Assembly: GCF_009914755.1 (NCBI RefSeq)
Contig: NC_060926.1
Source of the DNA: the human T2T-CHM13v2.0 reference genome, Homo sapiens
Strand: one strand, 5' to 3'
DNA length: 64,000 bases
The position numbers and the translations under genes were made by a program. Under the pieces are notes generated by a model. The model searched no databases. It was given only the letters and a program-made list of their open reading frames with translations, and was not told the DNA's origin. Positions within the stretch are counted from its first letter, which is position 1. The number at the start of each line of letters is the position of its first letter. This document shows positions 1 through 13,434 of the stretch, in pieces.

Positions 1-598
1 CAAATCAGTTCTAACATGATTCATCTTTAGTAGAAATTTGAAAACTGGAGAGAGACAAAAATTATTTTTCAAAACTACAGTAGACTTGTTTTTAGATTCT
101 AGTCTTGCCTAATGTTTTTTCAATTTTTATTATTTTCTACAGTTTGGACCGAATTCTAATTTTTCTTGCCTACGAGTCTTTAAAATAATGTTTTCAATTT
201 TTTTTCAATTATTCCTAAACGAAGCGGTGCTTTCTTAAAACCCTGCAAACTGAAGCCAGACCACTTAAACTTCAGAAGAAAATAACAGCAACCTATTTAC
301 ATACATAAGCCACTTTCATACCTGCCTACTGAGGTATGGACTGCAGAGTAACGTGGCTTATATTGATTTTTCCAGGATTGTTCTTTTGTTTGTTGTTGTT
401 TTTTCTGCCTTCCTCCCCGCTATTTTAACTTCACAGGATGTGAGACTTCACAACCTGCTAAGAATGAGCATTTAGGACCTACCTATCTAGGAATAAACCC
501 TCCTAGCCATGAGAGATCAGATGAAACCCGAGACCAGAGATTCATTTTCTTGTAAAATGTTTTTTCCAAAAGATTTTTTAAAAAGAAAAGGAGAGAGA
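1..598 (+). mobile_element. 3' end of MER4-group ERV internal sequence with polypurine tract
   Basis: Purine tract AAAAAGAAAAGGAGAGAGA (580-598) directly precedes the TG start of an LTR. Confidence 0.7.
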
Positions 599-1031
599 TG
601 TGAAAGGAAAATATCTGGGGCCCCTAAAATCACTAAGGAAAACTCAGGCTGGAAACTGCTTAGGGCCAACCTGCCTCCCATTCTATTTAAAGTCGCCCCT
701 CTGCTCCCTGAGATAGAAGCATATCTGATTGCCTCCTTTGGAGACTAATCAGAAACTCAAAAGAATGTAACCATGTGTGTATCACTCATCTGTGACCTGG
801 AAGCTCCCTCCCTGCTTCCAGTCTTCCTGCGTTTGCTTCAAGTTGTCACATCTTTCTAGACCAAAGCAACGTACTTCTTACATATATTGATTGTTGTCTC
901 ATGTCTCCCTAAAATGTATAAAACCAAGCTGTGCCCTGACCACCTTGGGCTCATGTCATCATGTCCCTGAGGCTGTGTCACGAGTGTGTTCCCAACCTTG
1001 GCAAAATAAACTTTCTAAATTAACTGAGACC
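599..1031 (+). mobile_element. MER4A/MER4A1-like LTR (ERV1), slightly 3'-truncated
   Basis: Starts TGTGAAAGGAAAATATC...GGGCCCCTAAAATCACTAAGG, has TATAAAA (~917) and AATAAA (~1005), and ends ...AATTAACTGAGACC. Matches the MER4A-type consensus as recalled. Confidence 0.85.
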
Positions 1032-3657
1032 TTCATTTGAGTTTGCTGCTGGACACCCTCATTGTGTTTATTGGCCTGTTTCTCTGTTAATGCCTATCAC
1101 GAATGGCTTGGGTAACTAAAGCTTTGGGAAGTAATGTAAAGTGGAAGAGTGTGATGGCTCCACCGACTTTGTATGTGTAGGAACTGCTTTGGGAATGCGG
1201 GGCATTTGATTGTCCCACGGGATTTTTAGTATTGTGTTGTGATCCTATATGGAAAACAAAAATAGGACATGGTCTGTGTTTTTATTTAAAGGGTGCAACG
1301 GACCTTTTTACATGAATCAATGAAACTGCAGGACCTAGCGTCTGTTTCATGCTACAGTGAGGATTTCTTGATGGAGAGAGCATTCCAAATCCTTTCCAGC
1401 AATATTGAATATTATGTTATGATACTGTTAAGCCTAGTCACCCTGCTGTGCCGTACAACACCAGAGTAACTGCGTCTCATCTGAACATCCCTTTGCAGCC
1501 ATTTCCAATCCTCCCCCCAGCCTCTGGTACCCACTGTTGACATTGCTACTCTATGAGATTCACTTTGTTAGATTCCACGTGCATGAGATTTTGCAGTATT
1601 TGTGTTTGTCTTCCTCTGCCTGGTTCATGTTTTTTAACTTAATGTCTTCCAGGTTTTTCCATCTTGCTGGTAGTGAACTGATGTCCGGAAGTTTGATGGC
1701 TGAAGAGTATACCGTTGTGCATATATCCTTCAATTCCTGCATTTTTTAATCTGTAGAAAGACAAGTAGGTTGATTCCCCATCTTAGTTATTGTCCAGAGT
1801 ACTTCATGAAACATGAGAGGGAGATACCTCCTTAAGGTAGGTTTGGTTGGCTTTGCAGGTATACCCAGTGTTGGGATGGCTAGAGGAACTGGTGGTTGTG
1901 TTAATTGTTTCAGAAACCTCCAGCTGTCTCCCAGCAGGTATACGAATTTGCATTCAAACCAGTAGTGTGTAATAGTTCCTCTGTCTGCAAATCTACACTG
2001 CCCTTATCTTCCAAAGTTTTATTGCTGTTTCTGGTCATACTCGTTCTCTGGGAAGAAACTCTTCTGATGTGGACAAACTTTTCTATTACCTGAGAGTCTG
2101 TTTCAGGTTTTTTCAGAAATGGCTATGCCAGTCCTTTGGGCATTTTTAGCATGTGTTTTGGTTTTTGTATTTTTGTCCACTTAGGACCATTAGTTTCTTG
2201 AGTATGTTAGATAAGAAGCCCTTCCAGATTGACAGTTTTTCATAATTTTCTTCTAGTCTGCAAGATGCCTTTTATTTGGGTTCAGTATTTTCTGTCCTGT
2301 GTTGAAGCTGCGTGAAGCTCTGAAGTTGTCCTTAGTCTCACATGGTCACATTAGCTTTTGTTAGTGGTGATTTCTGTGTCCCTTTGAGAAGAAAAGTGAG
2401 ATGGCGAAGCCATTGTATGGTCTATGGGTATTTGGTTCCTATGTCTTCCTTTTCTGTTTGTGGCTTAGGTTCACAGGTTCAAGTTTACCCACAGTAGACA
2501 CACACCCTACGTGTTTTCCTTGGAGATTTTGGTTTCAGGATTGAACTTAGGTGTTCAGTAGATTTTGTGTCGCTTTTTGTGTCTTGGGTAAAGGAAAGGT
2601 TCGGTCCTTTGCACGTGACCCCTCAGTTTCCTCAACCATTGTGCCTTTGGTGTGCTTTTGGAGGAACAACAAGAATCCCATGGGTTCAGTGTTTATAATT
2701 GTGGGTTGATTATTTGGCTCCTTCGTTGTGTCCATTCGGTTGTCTTTCTGTGTTCATGCCACTAATGGATGGATTGGGTCACTGTAGGCTTTTTGTTTTG
2801 TTTTGTGTGTTTTCTTCCTTTTTTCTATTTTTATTTCCAAAGCTGGGTTTTCTAAAATGATAGCTACTTTTATTGTGATCGAGGGGTACGCCTGCAGGTT
2901 CATTTCACTACATGGCTATACAGTAGAATTTTGATGCTTGGGGTCCTAACGTACCTGTCACCCAGGCGGTGAACACAGCACCAGTTGGGTCTTTCTTCCT
3001 CCAAGGCTCCCTGTCTCCCTTTTTTTTCTGTCTGGAAGTACCCAGCGTCTCTTGATTTCATCTTTATGTTGATGTGTATTGGGTGTTGCGCTTCCACTTA
3101 TAAATGAGAACCTGCAGTGTTTGGTCTTCTGTTCTTGCCTCAGTTGCTTAGCAGAGTGGCCTCCAGTTCCACCCATGTTCCTACCGAGGGCATGATTTTG
3201 TTTCTGTGTTTGATTTTCCTTAGTGGCTTTTTAGCATTCTGTGATGTATAGGAACCACATTTTTAAAAATCCAGTTTTCTGTTCGTGGGCATCTAGATCA
3301 GTTCCACATCTTTATTCCTGTCAGTAACACTCCCGTGGACGTGTGAGTGTCATGTGTCTTTTTGATAGACGCATGTGTTTTTCCCTGGGGTAGATGCATG
3401 GGGTAGGATTGCTGGGTCAAAGCATAGCTCTGCCTTCCATCCTTTTTTTTTTCCAGAAATCTTCAGACTGGTTTCCACAGTTTAGGATCTAGTTTGCATT
3501 ACCTCCAAGAGAATAGCCATGTTTGCTTTTCTCTGCTGCCACACTGTAGCATGTTATGTTTTGACTTGGGACAAATGGCCACTCTGACCAGCATGTGATG
3601 GTACTGGTACCTCATCTCTGATGATTAGTGATGTTGAGCGTTTCCCATGCCTGTTGG
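1032..3657 (-). repeat. Degenerate antisense L1 mosaic unit, paralogous to 17985-20760
   Basis: Collinear by eye with 17985-20760, e.g. GGGTAACTAAAGCTTTGGGAAG and GAAGTTGTCCTTAGTCTCACATGGTCACATTAGC occur in both. ORF-track peptides 1537/18584 and 2958/20061 are homologous. Confidence 0.85.
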
Positions 3658-6062
3658 AATGGCAATCCGTTGGAAATGTCTTCTCAGTTACTACCCATAT
3701 GTATGTTGCTCAGGCCACTGTGTGGCCCCAGCACTGTTGGTTTGCATCGGGACTTGGGGATTGTTTGTCGTTGTTAGCCAAGACAAATGTTACACTGCTG
3801 TTCCTACAGTGAGTAGTGGGAGTGGGGTATGGGGACATATGCTTATGCCCACAGTTCCATCAGAAATCCCACTGCCTTAAGACAGTCTCACGGGAACCCA
3901 GTCCCAGCCTTGCAGCACTGGGTAGCCCTGTGGCATTTTGACTTTGGATGTATCTGCATTGTTGAAGTCACTCAGCATGTTGCCATGCATTTATCCACTT
4001 AGGTCAATGTTAAGGGAAGTTCATCGCCTCTGCTTCTTCAGTAACTGATGTCTGGTGCATCAACTGAATGCATTTCAGGCTTTTAAGCAGTTCCCACGGA
4101 TCTATGGGTAAAAAAGGCTTTCACCATGCCCACCTACTCAGTGAGTGACCAATGTCTCATTGTTAGTGCATCTGATGCACAGAGTTTAGTGGTCTGAGGG
4201 AGGTCAGTCGCCAAGCAGAGATTGAAATCACATTTGTATTTACATTATTACTTTTCTACAGCTTGGTTCCTTGCAGGGTTTCACACTATTTAGTCTGGAT
4301 TGAATCCTTGAATTACTTTACTTTGTCTACCAAGGCTTTCAAAGAACTTGATAAACTTGTTCTAATTAGCCAACATATTCATCCATGATGTCCGTATACC
4401 AGGTCTAAAAATAAAACATTTCTTAATGCACACAGGACATGGAAGGCAATCTACACATTTTCAAGTGTAGACTTTGCTTGTGACTCTTTTGTGAGGAATA
4501 GTCATTGTTACTTTAGGAAAACCCTGAGTTTATCCAACTCTTGTTAGAATTGGATAAGTGTAAAAACCTACAATAGAATGCAAGTGTGAGAGCCAAGTCC
4601 TCTGGTAAAATAAACTCATATTATTCTTTATATATGTCTGGTCATTGTATTAATAAAATCAGTTTGTTTTGGCTGAAACACATGGTTGGCCTTTACAATA
4701 GATGTGAAAATGGGCTTATAGATCATTGCTCTTTATTGTGAATATTAGGTTGTATTTATTGCCAAACTCTTTCAACAGCTTCTAAGCAGTGAATTTCAGT
4801 GTGTTGTTGTTGTTCTCCAAGCACAAGCAGCTACTTCAGTTTTACCACATTCATCTCCCACACACTGATGAACCATATGGAGACAGCAGGAACTGCAGTA
4901 GAACCAGAGGGAGTAGTTAGGACAGACACTCTGATTCATTCATTCTGATTCTCACTGTTGTCAGTGAGTAAAGGTCATTGAATTTTTCTTCTGATGAATA
5001 AAATGGACAATTTTCTCAGTGCAATGGCTTACTTTTGGAAGAGCAGCCCTAAAGACTTTACTACTGATCAGTAAAGTCTAAACTGCTTTCTGTGTATTTT
5101 TTTAATTAAACTTTTATTTTAGATTGAATAAAAATGTGCAGGTTTATTGTGTGATACTGAGTTTTGGGGTATGATTGAAGCCATCACTAAGGTAGTGAGC
5201 ATCTCACCTTCTCCCTCTCTTCACTCTGTTACAGAGAACAGACCCTCCCAGTCTTCAGTGCACTCTAAATACTGGCTAATTCTGGCCAATGGAAGGCATC
5301 TGTGGAAGAGAAAAGCCTCAGGTCATGTGCTATCTGTCTTTATTCACTGTGACATATTAGGTAATGGTCACAGCCACTCACCATGGCCCCAGTTTTTAAT
5401 AACATGACCCTGCTTTTGTGTTCCAGTAACTTGTGTTGTTTTCCCAGTCCTAAGTATGATAGAAACTTCCTGCTGCTGCTAATCTCTGGGTTCCATTTAA
5501 AATCCTTCCATCACGTGAATACTATGCTGTGTACTAAATTTTTCCATAATTAAATACTTAGAATTATTTTTGCCTACTTATTTTGCCCCTTAGTGATATG
5601 TTTTAAAAACACTTAAAATGTGTTACAATATATTTAGAAAAGGTAGGGAATGACATTTTTACTTTCATCAGCATTTATGCTAGCATTTATGGAGCAATGC
5701 TATCTAAAGTATTTTTAGTAATTTAAACGTTATATAATACATATGCTTTTGATTCCTTTGTTACTATGTAAATAAATATATTTGTGATATTCAGTAAATA
5801 GTATTGAATACATGTTTCATGTATATAATATAAAGTTATGATTTTTTTTAAACAGTACATCATATTTGCTTGTTGGCTTTATGATAACTTAGAAATAATA
5901 TTCTGGATTAACTGTGTGACTCATGAGAGAGTTTGTGCAACTATGTTTCCAAATTTACTTGATTTTCAAGACTTACACTAGAACTGTGCGAACAAGGTAA
6001 TAAGTAAGCATATGTATTAATACCACCTTTGGTCAACTCTTGGGTAGCCCCAGTGTTGGCCT

Positions 6063-6298
6063 CCCGCTTTGGCCTCCCAAAGTGCTGGGATTACAGGCAT
6101 GAGCCACCGCAGCCAGCCAACATAGAGATAATCTTAAAGACTCCATAAAAAAGAAAAAAAGTGTTAAAGCTGATAAACACATTCAAAATTGAGAATTACA
6201 AAATTAGCATACAAATAGTATTCTTGTTTCTATACACCAGTGACAAACTATTAACTGAAAAACAAATTAATGAAGTAATTCATTTTATAATGGTATCA
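6063..6298 (+). repeat. 236-bp near-identical copy of 6889-7124 (Alu/L1 junction fragment)
   Basis: Direct comparison: offset 826 bp, about 2 mismatches, flanked by GCCCCAGTG direct repeats. Confidence 0.9.
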
Positions 6299-6594
6299 CT
6301 GGGCCCCAGTGGTAGTGTAGGAATTAACATAATTTTTCCTATTAAAAGTATTGGATTTGTTTTGAGAGACCACAGTTAAAAATCATTGACATACAAAGTT
6401 TAAAAGTTGTTAGATTAAAAAATTTTTAATGCATTTCAAGTGGTTTTATAGAAAAATAATTATCTAACTTGGTTTATGTTGATAGGTTGTTTTCTTGGAT
6501 AAGAGCTAGACAAAGAGAAAGGGAGAGTAGTGATAAATGTCCAGGTTTTCAAGTTGAAAAGTAACAATCAGTGTATTATAACAGATGGATGTGA

Positions 6595-6943
<349 letters not shown>

Positions 6944-8160
6944 CAACATAGAGATAATCTTAAAGACTCCATAAAAAAGAAGAAAAGTGTTAAAGCTGAT
7001 AAACACATTCAAAATTGAGAATTACAAAATTAGCATACAAATAGTATTCTTGTTTCTATACACCAGTGACAAACTATTAACTGAAAAACAAATTAATGAA
7101 GTAATTCATTTTATAATAGTATCATAACAAATATAAGTAAATAAAAGACTAAGGAGTAATTTTAATGAAGGATGTGAAATATTTGTATACTGAAAATTTA
7201 TAGCCTTGTTGAAAGAAATTGAAAGTGACATAAGTAGAAAAACATCCCATATTTATGGATTTGAAAAATTAATATTGTCAAAATTTCAATGCTAACAAAA
7301 GCAATCTGCAGATTAAATGCAATCACTATCAAAATCCAATGCCATTCTTCACAGAAATAGAAAAATTAGTCCTAAAATCTGAGTGGAACCACAAAAGACG
7401 CTGAAAAACCAAAGCAATCTTGAGCAAAAAGAACAAAGCCAGAGGCATCAGACTACTTGATTTCAAACAATATTAAAAAGTTATAGTACTTAAAACAGCA
7501 TAGCACTGGCATAAAAACAGACACCTAGACCAGTGTGAAGGAATATAGAACCTATAAATAAATCCATGTGTCTGTGGTCAATTGATTTTTGGTAAAAGGA
7601 CAAAGAATACACAATGGGGAAAGAAAATTCTCTTTAATAAATAATGTAGAGAAAAACTGACTATTCACATACAGAAGAATAAAATTGGATCATTATTTCA
7701 CTCTTTATACCAACATCAATTAGCAATGGATGAAAGACTTAAATATAAACCTGAAACTGTAAAACCACTACAAGCAGAGATAGGAGAAAACCATATGACA
7801 ATGGCCTCAGCTATGATTTTCTACAGATGACCCCAAAAGTACAGGCAACAAAAGCAAAAATACACAAACGAGATTCCATAAAACTAAGAAGCTTCTCTGC
7901 ACAGCAAAAGGAACAGTAATAGAGTGAAGAGACAACCCACAAATGGGAAGAGAATGTTTTTAAACCATACCTCAGGTAAGGGGTTCATACCAATAATATG
8001 TAAGGAACTCAACCCAGAAATGAGAAAACAAGCTTACTAAAAAATAAGTAAAGGACTTGAATAGACATTTTCTAAAAACAGACATACAGAAGGCCAGATT
8101 TTTATTAAAAATGTTGATAAAAAACATCAACATTCCCAATTATTAGAGAAATAGAAGTCA

Positions 8161-8581
<421 letters not shown>

Positions 8582-9499
8582 TCAGAATTGAAATTATTAC
8601 CACCAACTTGGAAAATAGTATGAAGCTTTCTCAAGAATTTATAAATATATTCACATTATGATTCATCAGTGCATCTTCTGGATATATGTCTAAAGAACTT
8701 AAAATCAGTATGTCAAAGAGACAACTGCAATTTCATGTTCATTGCAGAGTTATTCATAATAGCTGTGATTTAGAAACAACCTAAGTGTTTATCAACTGAA
8801 GAATGGATAAAAAATATGTGAAAAATTGAAACCCTTATACACAGCTGACGAGACTTTAAAACAGTCTGGCAGTTCTTCAAAAGGATAAATACAGAATTAC
8901 CACATGACTCAGTAAATTAACTCCTGTGTATACACCAAAAAGAAATTAAAACAAATGCCTACACAAAAAGTAGCATACAAGTATTTGTAGCAACAAGAAG
9001 TAGGAAATAACAGCAATGTCCATGAATTGCGGAGTGGATTAATAAAATGTGGTCTGTCCATAAAATATAATAGTATTTGGCAATAAAAAAGGAAAAAGGT
9101 ATTAATACATGCTCCAAAAAGGATGAACATTGAAAACAGAAGTGAAAGCAGTGAGTCACATGTAACTATATATTATTATGATTCCATTTACATGAGATGT
9201 CCAGAACAGGCAAATCCTTAGTTAGGAAGTAGATGGATGGTTGCCTAGGGCTGGGAGGGGTTTAAAGGAAGAGTGGGGAAAATGGGGAAAGATTGCTAAT
9301 GGGTGCAAGGTTTCTTTTAAGGAGCATAAAAATGTTCTAAAATTACATTGTGATTGTTTATCCACCTAGTTAATACTCTAAAAAATTAAAGTTTACACTT
9401 TAAAAGAGTGAATTAAATAATATATAAATTATATCTCAATGAACCTGTGAAAAATAAAAAAATATGTGATATGCTTACATAGATATACAAAAACTTCTG

Positions 9500-11822
9500 T
9501 TTATTGTATTTTTTTATTTCCATAGGTTTTTGGGGAACAGGTGGTGTTTGATTATATGAGTAAGTTCTTTAGAGGTGGTTAGTGAGATTTTGGTGCACCC
9601 AACACCTGAGCAGAATACGCTGTATCCAGTTTGTAGTCTTTTATTCCTCACCCGCTTCCCACCCTTTCCCCCAAGTCCCCAAAGCCCATTGTAGTATTTT
9701 AATGCCTTTGCATCCTCATAGCTTAGCTCCCACTTGCGGGTGAGAGCATACTGTGTTTGGTTTTCCATTCTTAAGTTACTTAGAATAGTAGTCTCTGATG
9801 TCATCTTGCTGTGAATGCCATTATTTTTTTCCTTTTTATGGCTGAATAGTATTCCATGGTGGGTGGGTGGGGGTGTGTGTGTGTATACTATATCTATAAT
9901 ATATATCATAATATCTTAATCTCATTGATTGATGGGCATTTGGCTGGTTAAATATTTTTGCAGTTGTGAATTGTGCTGCTGTAAACGTGTGTACAAGTAT
10001 CTTTTTCATATAATGACTTCTTTTCCTCTGGTAGATAACTCAGTAATGGAATTGCTGGATTAAATGGTAGTTCTACTCCTAGTTCTTTAAGAAATTTCCA
10101 CGCAGTTTACCGTAGTGGTTGTACTAGTTTACATTTCCACCAGCGGTGTAAAAGTGTTATTTTTTCACCATATCCCCACCCACATTTATTATTTTTTGAT
10201 GTTTTGATTATGGCCATTCTTGCCAGGAGTAAGGTGGCATGGCATTGTGGTTTTGATTTGCATTTCCCTGATCATTAGTGATGATGAGCATTTTTTCATG
10301 TTTGTTGGCCATTTTTATATCTTCTTTTGAGAATTGTCTATTTAAGTCCTTATCCCATTATTTGAAGGGATTGGTTTTTTTTCTGCTGAGTTCTTTGTAG
10401 ATTCTGGATATTAGTCCTTTGTCAGATGTATAGATTGTGAAGATTTTCTCCCATTCTGTGGGTTGTCTGTTTACTCTGCTAATTGTTTCTTTTGCTGTGC
10501 AGAAACTTTTTGGTTTAATTAAGTCTCACCTGTTTATCTTCATTTTGTTGTCACACTTGCTTTTGGCTTCTTGGTCATGAAGTCTCTGCCTAAGCCAATG
10601 TGTAGAAGGGGTTTTCCAATGTTACCTTGTAGAATTTTTATGGTTTCAGGTCTCAGATTTAAGTTGACTTTTGTATAAGGTAAGAGATGGGGATCCAGTT
10701 TCATTTCTTGGGATGTAGCTTGCCAATTATCCAAGCACCATATGTTGAGTAGATTGTCCTTTCCCGACTTTATGTTTTTGTTTGCTTTGTCAAAGATCAG
10801 TTGACTGTAAGTATTTGGGTTTATTTCTGGGTTCTCTATTCTGTTTCATTGGTCTATGTGCCTATTTTTATACCAGTATCATGCTGTTTTGCTGACTATG
10901 GCCTTGTAGTATAGATTGAAGCCAGGTAATGTAATGCCTCCAGATTTGTTCTTTCCGCTTAGTCTTGCTTTGGCTATGCGGGCTCTTTTTTGGTTCCATA
11001 TGAATTTTCAAATTATCTTTTTTAGTTCTGTGAAGGATGATGGTGATACTTTGATGGAAATTGCTTTGAATTTATAAATTGCTTTTGGTGTTATGGTCAT
11101 TTTTGCAATATTGATTTTACCCATCCATGAGCATGAGAGGTGTTTCCATTTACGTCATCTGTGATTTCTTTCAGCAGTGTTTTGTAGTTTTCCTTGTAGA
11201 GGTCTTTTACTTCCTTGTTAGGTATATTCCAAAGTATTTTATTTTATTTTTTTGCAGCTATTGTAAAAGGGGTTGAATTCTTGATCTGATTCTCAGCTTG
11301 CACATTATTGGTGTATAGCAGATCTTTTGATTTGGGTACATTAATTTTGTGTCCTGAATTTTTGCTGAAATTATTTATCAGTTTTAGGAGCTTTTTGGAG
11401 GAGTCTTTAGGGTTTTCTAGGTATACAATCCATATCATCAGCAAACAGAGACAATTTGACTTCCTCTTTACCGATCTGGATGCCCTTTATTTCTTTCTCT
11501 CATTCGATTGCTCTGGCTGGGATTGTCAGTGCTATGTTGAATAGAAGTGGTGAGAGTGGGCATCCTTGTATTTATTGTTGCAGTTCTCAGAGGAAATGCT
11601 TCTAACTTTTCCCCATTTAGTATTATGTTGGCTGTGGGCTTGTCATAGGTGGTTTTTATTACCTTAAGGTATGTCCCTTCTATGCCTGTTTTGCTGAGGG
11701 TTTTAATTATAAACGGATGCTGGATTTTGTCAAATGCCTTTTCTGTGTCTGTTGAGATGCTTATGTGACTTTGCTTTTAATTCTGTTTATGTGATTATCA
11801 CATTTATTGACTTGCCTGTGTT
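9500..11822 (-). mobile_element. L1PB/L1MA-age LINE-1, 3' part, antisense
   Basis: 3' end CCCCAAAAACCTATGGAAATAAAA on the minus strand. ORF2-like peptides at 10540-10734 and 11244-11444. Ends abruptly at ~11822. Confidence 0.9.
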
Positions 11823-11997
11823 AGACCGGAAGAGCTGGGGTGTTCTCAGGAGCCACCGTGTGCCGCGGCAGCTTCGGGATAACTTGAGGCTGCATCCTGG
11901 GGAAGAAACACCTCCTGTCCGTGGCGCTGATGGCTGAGGACAGAGCTTCAGTGTGGCTTCTCTGCGACTGGCTTCTTCGGGGAGTTCTTCCTTCATA
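11823..11997 (+). promoter_or_regulatory. Candidate upstream promoter / non-coding first exon
   Basis: ETS core ACCGGAAG at 11825-11832, CpG-enriched non-repeat sequence, and donor ATA|GTGAGT at 11997/11998. Confidence 0.55.
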
Positions 11998-12320
11998 GTG
12001 AGTACAGAAGCTTTCGTTTTCTGGAATGTTCTACGTAGTCCTGCTGGGTTCTCCTTTTCTTTTTTCTCTTTCCATCTTAGTATGAATTTTACAGTAGTAC
12101 TCATTCCCTGAGGGCTTTTGAGGTTGGAAAGAGTAGGGGGCTTTAGGGCTGTTTCTGAGGGAGACTCCCCTTGTAGATGGAGAGAGAGGAAAGCTCTGGC
12201 TGTGGGAGGAGGGGGAAGCCCGGCCCAGGTGGGGTTTTGGGGCCAGGCTCCAGTTAGGCTGCCTTGCATCCACGCCTCAGGTGGAAGGAAAGGATCCCAG
12301 CCCCCTCTAGGGTTTGCTGA

Positions 12321-12780
12321 TTTTTTTAATTGCTTTTATTTTTTTGGAGATAGGGTCTGGCCCTGTTGCCCATGCTGGAGTGCAGTGTCAGATCTCAGCT
12401 CACTGCAGCCTCCACTTTCTGGGCTCAAGGGATTCTCCAGCCTCAGCCTCCCCAGTAGCTGGGCCTGTGCCACCATGCCCGCTATTTTTTTTTTTTTTTT
12501 GTATTTTTGGTAGCCACGGGGTTTCACCATGTTGCCCATTTTGAGCTCTCGAACTTCTGAGCTCAAAGCAATCCTCCTGCTTCGGCTTCCCTAAGTGCTG
12601 GGATTACAGGTGTGAACTACTGTTCCCGGTCTGCTGAATTTTGTTTTTCATGTATTTTTGATAGAGACAGGGTTTCACCATGGTGCCCAGGCTGGTCTCA
12701 AACTTCTGAGCTTAAAGCAATCCTCTCGCCTTGGCTTCCCAAAGTGCTGGGATTACAGGCATGAACTACTGCACGTGGTC
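12321..12780 (-). mobile_element. AluJ (antisense) plus a tandem duplicate of its left-arm region
   Basis: 12500-12640 and 12650-12790 share private features (GAACTACTG and the flank CTGAATTTT). Confidence 0.8.
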
Positions 12781-13147
12781 TACTGAATTTTTACATTTGT
12801 TTCCCAGCCGTCGGGACACAGGGGTCACTTTTCTCAACACCCTCCCGCCCCCCACCCCCGCCCCGGCAGCATCTGCCTAATTCTGTCCCTCTAGTCAGGG
12901 CCACCTGACTGGGGGAAGCTCCCTTCCGTGTGGTTTAATGTCTTCTTTGCAGAAATGTGTATTCAGGTTCCCTGCTCGGTTTTGGATGGATCATTTTAGT
13001 ACTGTTAGTGTGTGGCATATTTTCTGTAACAACCCCTTAGCTGATAGGTGATTCCTCAAAACGTTCTCCCAGCCTTTCTCTTTGGGCTCATTGTTTCCTT
13101 TTCCTTGCAAAAACTTCACTTTGAGGTAGCCATGCGTGTTTTTTTAT

Positions 13148-13434
13148 GGCCAAGCATTATGGTTCATGCCTGTAATCCAAGCACTTTGGGAGGCCAAGGT
13201 GGGCAGATCACTTGAGCCAAAGAATTTGAGACCAGCCTAGGCAACATGGCAAAACTTCTTCTCTACAAAAAAATATGAAAAATTAGCCAGGCGTGGTGGT
13301 GTGTGCCTGTAGTTCCAGCTATTCAGGAGGCAGAGGTGGGAGGATCACTTGTGCTGGAGAGGTCAAGGCTGCAGTGAGCCATGATCATGCCACTGCACTC
13401 CAGCCTGAGTGACAGAGTCCCTGTCTCAAAAAAA
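13148..13434 (+). mobile_element. AluJ
   Basis: Diverged Alu dimer with J-type GGATCACTTG...GGTCAAGGCTGCAGTGAGC. Confidence 0.9.

Noticed and set aside
3690-5080. Possible degenerate ERVL-like internal sequence
   Set aside because: Only a vague resemblance and no motif I can verify without a Dfam search.
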